The notes under the pieces are model-generated. The model saw nothing but the letters and a program-made list of their open reading frames with translations, was not told the origin of the DNA and ran no database searches. Shown in pieces: positions 29,245-36,657 of a stretch of DNA of 64,000 nt. Origin of the DNA: an uncultured delta proteobacterium (GTDB lineage: Bacteria; Desulfobacterota; Binatia; Binatales; Binataceae); the NCBI GenBank assembly GCA_963711565.1, contig CAVQEQ010000001.1, positions 704,001 through 768,000 of the forward strand, written 5' to 3'. Every line of letters starts with the position of its first letter. Within the stretch, counting starts at the first letter, position 1. The position numbers were made by a program, and so were the translations under genes.

Positions 29245-30616
29245 CGCGAGCCCGACCAGGCCAAGATGCCGGCTGATCGGTAACAGCCCGGAGTTCCCGC
29301 TCGCCGCCGGACGAGTCGCGCGCCTGCGCGGTCTTGGCGTTGAGCTCTGCCTCCCGGATTGCGCCGCGCTCCCTTCCGGGTTTGCGGCGCGCAATCAGCT
29401 GATCGCGGTCAACTTCGACCTGTTGTCGCGTCTCGACCCCGCCACGAAAACCCGTCTGCGCCAAGCCGCCGAAAGCGGCGCGACGATCTATATGCGAGGT
29501 GGTCTGGAGCACGGCCGCGTGTATTCATTGCGGCCGTTCTCGGATCAGCGATTCGAATTCTCAATCAAGCCCGCCGACGGTTATCAATTCTCTACTCATC
29601 CGATTCTTCCCGCGGCAATCGCGGGTGAACGAGTCGCCGGCCGCCTGGACATGCCGCATGCAGCCGGTCTGGAAGATCCGGCCCGCCCGATATTATCGAG
29701 CGTAGATCGTTTCGGACCCGCCAGGCCGTCGATTTTTGCGATTGAAATTGGCGCCGGTATCGCGATTTTCGATCTTCACGCCGACCACGAGGTCGAAGAC
29801 CTGGAGTTGCTGGCAGATCTCGCGGCGCCATCGAGACGAGCTGCCACCGTTGGGGCGCTTGCGGCAGTTGATCGGGCAGCCGGCCGCAACGTGGCGATTC
29901 AGCCGGCGGTCAATCTGGTGATCGACGATCGTCCCGTCAACTACGACTACTTCAACGCCGGCAAGCTCGACGGGTTCCTGCGACATCTCGAGGCTCAATG
30001 TCCGGGCATCCACACCGACTTCGCCTGGACGCCGATCCACACGCGTCCGCATCGCCGTTATCTCGAAGTGCTGAGCCGATACAACACGGGCTTTGTGTGG
30101 CACGGATTCCTTCGCCACATCGACCATCGCACCATCACGGATTTCGAATCCCACCTGAGCGCTGGCCGTGCATGCGTTAACGAGATCTCGCGCGAGTATG
30201 GCGTTCGCATTCAACCGGTGATGATTTTTCCCTTCGAGAAGGACACGGCGCGCGCCGAGGAACTCCTGCGCCGTGCAGGGTTCGTCGCCAAGGTGCAGTC
30301 GGCCGGCGGCTTTCCCCCGCCGGCTTACTACCGTCTGCGTGACGTCGCGGAGGAGCCGCCGCTCGATGATTCGTTCAGCGTGGTTTTTCGCGAGTCAATC
30401 GACCTGCTGAGCCGCGATCGAATGCTCGCGATGGCGACATTGGGAATGCCCATCATCGCGCTGGCCCATCCGCGCGATCTCGCACTGCGCCGGTTTTGCG
30501 GGCGCGATCGCGCCGCGATGTCGTACTTCGATTCTGTTCTCCGATTCGCAGCTGACAAGTCGCTGAGACCGAAATCGCTTGAGTCGATCGCGGCGGAAGT
30601 TCCCACTGCCCGCTAA
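29180..30616 (+). CDS. Hypothetical protein (possible deacetylase-like barrel), last gene of the EPS operon
   Basis: Long ORF; LVIDD.P, VWHG..H.DH and ALAHP motifs. Confidence 0.6.
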   Translation: MNDVHMNLNRDPAPLPRPSPSDASPTRPRCRLIGNSPEFPLAAGRVARLRGLGVELCLPDCAALPSGFAARNQLIAVNFDLLSRLDPATKTRLRQAAESGATIYMRGGLEHGRVYSLRPFSDQRFEFSIKPADGYQFSTHPILPAAIAGERVAGRLDMPHAAGLEDPARPILSSVDRFGPARPSIFAIEIGAGIAIFDLHADHEVEDLELLADLAAPSRRAATVGALAAVDRAAGRNVAIQPAVNLVIDDRPVNYDYFNAGKLDGFLRHLEAQCPGIHTDFAWTPIHTRPHRRYLEVLSRYNTGFVWHGFLRHIDHRTITDFESHLSAGRACVNEISREYGVRIQPVMIFPFEKDTARAEELLRRAGFVAKVQSAGGFPPPAYYRLRDVAEEPPLDDSFSVVFRESIDLLSRDRMLAMATLGMPIIALAHPRDLALRRFCGRDRAAMSYFDSVLRFAADKSLRPKSLESIAAEVPTAR

Positions 30617-30626
30617 TCTCGGTTAA

Positions 30627-32057
30627 TCAGTTATCGTGATTGCGCGAGGGTTCGGTCGCCGAATCGCGATCCTTCCCCTGGTAGCGGACCAAGCGGTTGT
30701 AAAGAGTCTTCAGGCTGATCCCCAGCATCTGCGCGGCGCGCACTTTGTTGCCGTTGGTAAAATCCAACGTCTTGAAGATCAACTCGCGCTCGATCTCGTC
30801 CATCGTTTCGCCGATGCGCAATTCGAAATGCGGGCCCTTGCGGCCTGCGCGCCGGATGTCGTTGGGAAGATCCGGGGGCGCGAGCAGTGGCCGGCGCGCA
30901 ACGATCGTGGCGCGCTCGATTACGTTTCGCAGTTGCAGGACATTTCCGGGCCATCGATTCGCCCGCAGGATTTCCAGGCACTCGTTGTCGATTCCGGTGA
31001 CGGGTTTCCGGTGCGAGTCCGCCGACTGCTTGATAAACGCTTCGACCAGCGCGGGAATATCTTCGATTCGGTCGCGCAGCGGCGGCAGCTCGATAGTGAG
31101 CGAGTTGAGACGAGAATATAAATCCTCGCGCAACCGACCGTGATGCGTCGCCTCGGCCGGGCTCCGACTGGAGGCGGCGATCAAGCGAACGTCCAGCGGT
31201 ATTTCGGTTTCGCTGCTGCCACCCATCCGGCGGATCCTTTTGTCCTCGAGCGTTCGCAGCAGCCTGGCCTGAAGTTCGATCCCCAGCTCGGCAATTTCGT
31301 TGAGCAACAGCGTGCCGCCGGCGGTCATCGCGAGGAATCCCTCGCGGCGGCTATCGGCGCCGGCAAACGCGTTACGTTCATGGCCCCAAAGTTCGCTCTC
31401 CATGAGGTTGTTGGGCACTGCGGCGCATGTGACTTCGGCGTAGGGACCGCCGCGGCGCGTGGACAACTGATGAATCGTGCGCGCCGCGAGTTTCTTGCCG
31501 GTTCCGCTTTCGCCGAGAATCAACGCCGGGATGGAGCTGTCCGCCGCTTCCTCAATCAGCCTCATCACGCCGCGCATCGCAGGCGAGTTGCCGATGATCG
31601 GTCCAAGCGTACCGGTCTCGATCAACTTTCGGCGCAGGCGCTGGTTCTCTTCGGCGACGCTGAGTTGGGTCGCCAGGTTAGTGAGCACCACGCTTAGATG
31701 ACTCGAATTGATCGGTTTCAAAAGAAAATCGTAAGCTTCAGACTTAATTGAGCGGATCGCGGCGCCGAAGTCCGCCTCTTGGGCCATAACAATTGCCGGG
31801 ATATCAAATCCCTGCGCGTGCAGCTCGCGCAAATATTCGGCAGCGCTTTTCTCTTGTCCTCCAAAATCGATCAGCAGCACATCCGGCTCAAAGGTCTGGA
31901 CCTGCTTGAGCACCTCGATTCCTTCGACGGCCCGGACCTGGAAGCCCCACGAACTCATTCGTTCGCGCAAAGTCTCGCGGGTGGAGCGGTCGCTCTCTGC
32001 GATGAGAATCCGCAAATCGTGCTTGGTGTCTGCCGCGCTGCAAAACTTGGAGGACAT
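30627..32057 (-). CDS. NtrC-family response regulator (REC-AAA-HTH) with degenerate catalytic motifs
   Basis: GESGTGK, REDLYSRLN, WPGNV.QL.N, Fis-type HTH; GAFTGA reads NAFAGA and Walker B reads LLLNE. Confidence 0.9.
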   Translation of the reverse strand: MSSKFCSAADTKHDLRILIAESDRSTRETLRERMSSWGFQVRAVEGIEVLKQVQTFEPDVLLIDFGGQEKSAAEYLRELHAQGFDIPAIVMAQEADFGAAIRSIKSEAYDFLLKPINSSHLSVVLTNLATQLSVAEENQRLRRKLIETGTLGPIIGNSPAMRGVMRLIEEAADSSIPALILGESGTGKKLAARTIHQLSTRRGGPYAEVTCAAVPNNLMESELWGHERNAFAGADSRREGFLAMTAGGTLLLNEIAELGIELQARLLRTLEDKRIRRMGGSSETEIPLDVRLIAASSRSPAEATHHGRLREDLYSRLNSLTIELPPLRDRIEDIPALVEAFIKQSADSHRKPVTGIDNECLEILRANRWPGNVLQLRNVIERATIVARRPLLAPPDLPNDIRRAGRKGPHFELRIGETMDEIERELIFKTLDFTNGNKVRAAQMLGISLKTLYNRLVRYQGKDRDSATEPSRNHDN

Positions 32058-32149
32058 TGGCTGTAGGTTGCCGGTGTAGCGACTAGCGGGCAGCGGTGTA
32101 AATTCGACAAGCCCGCTTCCATCGCGCGTCTGATCCATGTCCCAAAAAA

Positions 32150-32164
32150 GCAACGAGTGTGCCA
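32150..32164 (-). promoter_or_regulatory. sigma54 promoter of the NtrC-like gene
   Basis: TGGCACACTCGTTGC. Confidence 0.8.
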
Positions 32165-32335
32165 CGACATCGCTAGCTGACCAGAGGAAAACCCAATATC
32201 ACTGCGGTCCTTTCCAGCCGGTTTTTGGCACCCAGAAGCGAGGCCGTCGGTAGAAAATACCCGGTTGCCGGGCTTAGCCAGACGCACAATCAACAAGCAG
32301 GCCTTTATTCATTTGTTTTTTCAGCGCTGACCTAA

Positions 32336-32350
32336 GGGCACAGCGATTGC
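32336..32350 (+). promoter_or_regulatory. sigma54 promoter
   Basis: GGGCACAGCGATTGC upstream of 32479. Confidence 0.7.
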
Positions 32351-32478
32351 TGTTAACCTCTCCGATACCTCGGAGGGTGCGCCACTGGCCGCGATTACCT
32401 AACCCTTCTTTTCCTCCTTCCTGCCCGTGGCCATGACGCAACCCTTCGATTTTCAAGAGCAAGCATAGGAGGTCATCT

Positions 32479-32880
32479 ATGAAAATTGTCACCATCATAG
32501 CTTTAGCTGCCTGCACCGGAGTCGCACTGGGCTTTATGTCGAGTTGCGCAGACGATCGTACGGTCGAGACGACAACCACCCGTGAAGTCGACACCACAGC
32601 GCCGCCCGCGATAGTAACTGCCGCGCCAGTCGTAACCGAGCCAGCAGTCGTAGTGCCTCCAAACGCGAGCACAACGTCTACTACGACTCAGTTCAATAAT
32701 GGCACGGTCGAGAAGAAGACGGTGACCGAATATAATCCTGCTTATCCTGAGGTAGTTCCGTCTGCGCCCGTGGTGGTAACTACGGCTCCGCCGGCTCAAT
32801 CCACTACAACTCAAACGACAACTACTAATGATGATGGAGACCTGGACCGCCGAACCACTACGACGGTCGTGACTCCGTAG
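32479..32880 (+). CDS. Thr/Val/Pro-rich lipoprotein
   Basis: AGGAGG RBS; lipobox-like MSSC; low-complexity body. Confidence 0.8.
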   Translation: MKIVTIIALAACTGVALGFMSSCADDRTVETTTTREVDTTAPPAIVTAAPVVTEPAVVVPPNASTTSTTTQFNNGTVEKKTVTEYNPAYPEVVPSAPVVVTTAPPAQSTTTQTTTTNDDGDLDRRTTTTVVTP

Positions 32881-32922
32881 TACATTCCTTTCGCGCCTCT
32901 CCTCACTCAGTCCGAACTAATA

Positions 32923-32965
32923 AGCAACAACCCACGAAGCATAAGATGCGTCGTGGGTTGTTGCT
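32923..32965. terminator. Hairpin between convergent genes (probable bidirectional terminator)
   Basis: AGCAACAACCCACGA...TCGTGGGTTGTTGCT, perfect 15-bp stem. Confidence 0.7.
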
Positions 32966-32985
32966 CGATTTCTCTGTTGTCAGAC

Positions 32986-33147
32986 TCAAAGGATTGCTCT
33001 TCCGGCAATCAGCGACACCACAAACAACACCAGGAATACGAAGAACAGAACCCGCGCAAACTCCGTGGCTGTTCCTGCGATGCCGCCGAATCCTAACGCC
33101 GCGGCAATCACAGCTATCACGAGAAAAACGAGTGCGTAGTATAGCAT
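32986..33147 (-). CDS. DUF1328 (UPF0391/YtjA) small membrane protein
   Basis: Missing from the ORF track. [53 protein letters not shown]; GGAGG RBS. Confidence 0.9.
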   Translation of the reverse strand: MLYYALVFLVIAVIAAALGFGGIAGTATEFARVLFFVFLVLFVVSLIAGRAIL

Positions 33148-33184
33148 TACTCAATGTCCTCCAAGGTTGATGCTGAGTTATTCA

Positions 33185-33199
33185 GCAACGACTATGCCA
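33185..33199 (-). promoter_or_regulatory. sigma54 promoter for the DUF1328 gene
   Basis: TGGCATAGTCGTTGC. Confidence 0.8.
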
Positions 33200-33246
33200 C
33201 TGCTAACGCTCCTGAATATGACAGAGCAGGCTACTCCGCAGACGAA

Positions 33247-33609
33247 CTATGCAATATTTACCGTCGTAGCAGCTGTCAGCGATCGCCTTAACACTTCGGC
33301 TGCGACTATCGCACCTACACCTACGAGTCCCAGCACCTGCCAGTACGGCATCCATCGATGAAGCAACAGCACCAGGCTCGCTAGCAGTGCCACTATGCCG
33401 CCCGCGGCGAGCACGATTAACGTTGATGTGAGGTAGACCTGGCCGAGGAGGGTCGTCGCCGCACCGACGACATTCGACTCGAGCAGACGGGCCTCGGCGG
33501 CGACGATCCGGGCGAAGTCCGAGAGAATCCGAACTGCCAGCTCCGGCAATTCGTCCTGCGACTCCCGCTCGATTGTCAGGTCAGACTCGTTCGACTTGAT
33601 CGTGCTCAT
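33247..33609 (-). CDS. YqjE/holin-like membrane protein
   Basis: LPEL...I..D...I..AE.RL followed by two TMs; operon context. Confidence 0.6.
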   Translation of the reverse strand: MSTIKSNESDLTIERESQDELPELAVRILSDFARIVAAEARLLESNVVGAATTLLGQVYLTSTLIVLAAGGIVALLASLVLLLHRWMPYWQVLGLVGVGAIVAAEVLRRSLTAATTVNIA

Positions 33610-33916
33610 CGACTTTGGCTTCATTCGAAAGCACCAGGGCGGCGCCCAACAGCAACAGCGCTATCATTGCGGCCTCACCCGAGTCCGATCCCAACGCAAA
33701 TCCCAAAGCGCCGGCGACGCACGCCGTAGTGACAGGACGCTTGCGGATTCCGCGGTCCGGGCGGAGCCGAGCGACACCCTCTTCGACGCGGTCGCCAACC
33801 TGATGCATCGCGTCGCGGAGATCCTCCTGGACGCGATCGCCGACCTGATGCAACGCGTCGCGGAGATCCTTGGTGGCGTCTTCCAGTTCATCTTTTGTTT
33901 CGGGGGTGTCTGCCAT
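33581..33916 (-). CDS. Small tail-anchored stress protein with a 15-aa tandem repeat
   Basis: DLRDA(L/M)HQVGDRV(Q/E)E twice; IRKRP....VAGALGF tail. Confidence 0.65.
   Translation of the reverse strand: MADTPETKDELEDATKDLRDALHQVGDRVQEDLRDAMHQVGDRVEEGVARLRPDRGIRKRPVTTACVAGALGFALGSDSGEAAMIALLLLGAALVLSNEAKVDEHDQVERV
33785..33870. repeat. 45-bp in-frame direct repeat (2 copies)
   Basis: gacgcg.tcgcc.acctgatgca..gcgtcgcggagatcct occurs twice. Confidence 0.8.
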
Positions 33917-34121
33917 TTTTGCCTTTCTTCGAGGTCAGTACCGATGTCAGTCGGTCCCCCAACACGCCCTCGAGCACCATGAGAATGATTTGAAACGATG
34001 TGCGGTTGCTGAGTCCTCCGCCAATAGCGAAGCCGCCGAGCACGGCGAGCGCCAGCGACCGCTCGGGATACTTGGAAATCTTCTCACGCAAGTCGGCGAG
34101 GTCAGACTGTTGCTGCGGCAT
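33888..34121 (-). CDS. Small membrane protein (YqjD/ElaB-like tail)
   Basis: I.KYP.RSLALA.LGGF.IG. Confidence 0.6.
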   Translation of the reverse strand: MPQQQSDLADLREKISKYPERSLALAVLGGFAIGGGLSNRTSFQIILMVLEGVLGDRLTSVLTSKKGKNGRHPRNKR

Positions 34122-34126
34122 GATCG

Positions 34127-34336
34127 TTAGCGCCGGGTCACGTGATTGAGGATCCGCGCGGCGATGTAGCCAACCGTGAAGGCGCTGGCAATGGCAATCA
34201 GCGGCTCATCGCGAACGAAGTCCATCAGGGCCGAGTTAACCGACGAAATGTATTCCGTTCCCATCTCGGCAAAATCACTTATTTTTTCGCGCCCCTCGTC
34301 GATCAGACCGTCAACATCTATTTTCGCGGTGCTCAT
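34127..34336 (-). CDS. YqjD/ElaB (DUF883)-like tail-anchored protein
   Basis: DFVRDEPLIAIASAFTVGY. Confidence 0.7.
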   Translation of the reverse strand: MSTAKIDVDGLIDEGREKISDFAEMGTEYISSVNSALMDFVRDEPLIAIASAFTVGYIAARILNHVTRR

Positions 34337-34397
34337 TTTGAAGCCCTTCCCTGATCAGCGAGTTACACACTCGACTGAAGTGTCAATGAATATCCAA

Positions 34398-34412
34398 GCA
34401 AGTTGGCTGCCA
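34398..34412 (-). promoter_or_regulatory. sigma54 promoter for the yqjD-like operon
   Basis: TGGCAGCCAACTTGC. Confidence 0.75.
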
Positions 34413-34642
34413 CCAACTACCGATGATTTGAAATGGTGCAGGTCTTTTTCTCCGGTGATATCGGTCAAAGTTACAGATTCAAGTCGCGCCGCATCCAGTC
34501 CCTTCAGTTTCTGAAGTTGTGCCGAGCTGCGATACCGGCATTGGAAGAATATTTCCGAGTCGCAATTACAGAGTTCTCGGTTTCTACTGGCCATCGCGCC
34601 AAATAATCCGCATGTAACCGGCAAAAGTCTCTTAGCGCTCGA

Positions 34643-34657
34643 TGGCATAAGGATTGC
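34643..34657 (+). promoter_or_regulatory. sigma54 promoter for the SEC-C microprotein
   Basis: TGGCATAAGGATTGC. Confidence 0.8.
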
Positions 34658-34695
34658 TGGTTACCAGTCAATGCATCTGCGCTTGGAGGTTCACT

Positions 34696-34782
34696 ATGGC
34701 GAATAGACCAGACCCGAATTCTCCCTGCCCATGCGGTTCCGGCAAGCTTTTCCGGCACTGCTGCGGAAAAAGCAGCAAATAA
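34696..34782 (+). CDS. Stand-alone SEC-C zinc-binding microprotein (28 aa)
   Basis: Missing from the ORF track. MANRPDPNSPCPCGSGKLFRHCCGKSSK; GGAGG RBS. Confidence 0.8.
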   Translation: MANRPDPNSPCPCGSGKLFRHCCGKSSK

Positions 34783-34902
34783 AACCTTCCCCCCTCCGGC
34801 AGGGTCGGAAGCCGTGGCGTCCTCCCCCCGCTAGCGGCTTTCAGGTCCTGCCGGACCTTCTTTAAGTCTGTTGGATTGTTTGATTGGCCAGGAGCGGAGT
34901 CT

Positions 34903-35109
34903 ATGCCCACCAAGAAATCGAGCGGCAGGAAGTATTCGAAAAAAGCCGGCAAAATGGTTGAGCGCGAAATCCATGCAATGAAGCGCGGAAAGCTCAAATC
35001 CGGCCGCTCCGGCAAGAAGGTCAGGAGCCGCAAGCAGGCGATCGCGATTGGCCTCTCCGAAGCTCGGCGCGCTGGCGCAAAGGTTCCACGCGCGAAGTCG
35101 TCGTCCTAG
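34903..35109 (+). CDS. DUF6496-like small basic protein
   Basis: MKRGKLKSGRSGKKV.SRKQAIAIGLSEARRAG. Confidence 0.85.
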   Translation: MPTKKSSGRKYSKKAGKMVEREIHAMKRGKLKSGRSGKKVRSRKQAIAIGLSEARRAGAKVPRAKSSS

Positions 35110-35276
35110 CAGTTCGCTCCCCACTCGTTCCGCGACGAGTCGGCATATAGTCTCGCGGCTCGCCCGAACCGCGTGCACAGCGGTTTCGCGAACTCAGTAA
35201 GAACTCCCGCCTGAAAAGTGGATGTCCCCTTGCGACGATCAGTGATTCGGAGCGGTTTAATCACTGCTCTGCCGAT

Positions 35277-35291
35277 TGGCGCGCTTCCTGC
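35277..35291 (+). promoter_or_regulatory. sigma54 promoter
   Basis: TGGCGCGCTTCCTGC. Confidence 0.7.
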
Positions 35292-35357
35292 TCATTGAGT
35301 CGTTATCGCTTCATCCTACGACGCGATTTAACGGACACAGACAAGGAGTAGTCGAAG

Positions 35358-35438
35358 ATGCGTTATGCGATAGCCTGGCTTCTTGGAGTTCCTGCCTCGA
35401 TTATTGTGATTTGGTTTGTGCTTGGACATTTGCTTTAG
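35358..35438 (+). CDS. 26-aa single-TM micropeptide
   Basis: MRYAIAWLLGVPASIIVIWFVLGHLL; AAGGAG RBS. Confidence 0.7.
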   Translation: MRYAIAWLLGVPASIIVIWFVLGHLL

Positions 35439-35501
35439 ACAACCGAATCATCAACCAAGGCCCACTTCTTCTCCAATGCACTTAAATACGAGAGGACCGA
35501 C

Positions 35502-35654
35502 ATGAACCTCATACTCTTAATCGTACTAGTTGTTCTCTTACTCGGCGCACTACCCACATGGCCCTATAGCGCTGAATGGGGTTACTATCCCAGCGGCGCG
35601 CTGGGGACTGTTTTAATCATAGTCTTGGTCCTGGCACTGCTGGGACGAGTGTGA
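35502..35654 (+). CDS. DUF3309 family small membrane protein
   Basis: Missing from the ORF track. LLLGALPTWPYSAEWGYYPSG.LG. Confidence 0.9.
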   Translation: MNLILLIVLVVLLLGALPTWPYSAEWGYYPSGALGTVLIIVLVLALLGRV

Positions 35655-35696
35655 CCCCGGAAATTCGAGTCCCGTGGAGAGAGTCGGACGCCGATC

Positions 35697-35930
35697 CTAA
35701 TCTGTTCGGTGGCTCATCGCGATGCCCGCGCCGATTAGCAGGAGACCTAGCGCTATAGCTCCTCCACTAACGATCGGGGGAATAACGTGGGGCTCCTCGG
35801 TCTTTGCTTGCACCTTCAAGTCCCCGAGCCTGACAACGTCTTTGGTTGATTCGGTGTTGAAGTTTGGGGCCGCAAACATAATCAGTCCGATTAGCACGAC
35901 GGCTGCACCCAATATTATGATGCTTTTCAC
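35697..35930 (-). CDS. Small two-TM membrane protein (DUF3185-like)
   Basis: TM-KDVVRLGDL.V.A..E...IPP-TM; GGAGG RBS. Confidence 0.7.
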   Translation of the reverse strand: MKSIIILGAAVVLIGLIMFAAPNFNTESTKDVVRLGDLKVQAKTEEPHVIPPIVSGGAIALGLLLIGAGIAMSHRTD

Positions 35931-36153
35931 GGTAACGTCCTCCACTCTCTTGATTCTGCCTTTGGGCTAATCGAGCAAAGCCTGAGCCATCGGACACATC
36001 ATGGTCGTAATGCACAGTTCTGTGCCGTTTATGGCCTCCATTGCTATCTGTTCATCGCCCCGCCGATGAAGGACTTTCTCGGCCACCCGGCAATCTGAAA
36101 ATACTTCACACACGAGCCGCGAAAATCACCCGAGTTGCTCACTATTCGGCGGT

Positions 36154-36168
36154 GGGTATGGCGATTGC
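36154..36168 (+). promoter_or_regulatory. sigma54 promoter
   Basis: GGGTATGGCGATTGC upstream of the BON gene. Confidence 0.6.
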
Positions 36169-36197
36169 TCTGTTACCTCTGCAGGAGGGACGAGACC

Positions 36198-36491
36198 ATG
36201 AAATTCGCAACAAAAGCGGCTTTATCGACGGCGCTGATAGCCGGCCTCGCAATTGTCGGCCCGGCGCTCTCCTCGAATCGTACGACTTTCAATCAATCAC
36301 CGTCTGCTGCAACAGAAGGTCACATGGTAAGGGCAAGCATCATCAAGGTGCATACCGACCATGGCGTAATTATTCTGCCCGGCACTGCCGACTCGTGGGA
36401 CGCGGTTGAGAACGCGGTGTTCGTCGCCGACAGCATCGCTGATTTTCAGATGGTCAACAACGAAGTTCCCTGGCAGATAGACTATGAATGA
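36198..36491 (+). CDS. BON domain protein
   Basis: Signal peptide; I.V.T.HGV..L.G...S....A...A......V.N. Confidence 0.7.
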   Translation: MKFATKAALSTALIAGLAIVGPALSSNRTTFNQSPSAATEGHMVRASIIKVHTDHGVIILPGTADSWDAVENAVFVADSIADFQMVNNEVPWQIDYE

Positions 36492-36657
36492 CAGCGTAAG
36501 ATTTTTGCTGTTACCTTAGTCCTTCCATTCTTCCCGACAGCGTCGTTTGACCGTCTTCCCTGCGTGGAGAGGCGCCGCCCGAGCTGGGCTCGCGCGCCCA
36601 TTGCTACTCGCGGCGGCGCGGATTAGAAGCAGGTGTTCGGTCCGCGCGGTTACCGAC

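Noticed and set aside
33247-33609. Holin-like gene as a sign of a prophage
   Set aside because: YqjE-like proteins are typical of yqjD-type stress operons, and no phage genes are present
36011-36027. sigma54-like element CGGCACAGAACTGTGCA upstream of the 35930 gene
   Set aside because: GG-N11-GC spacing; sigma54 requires N10
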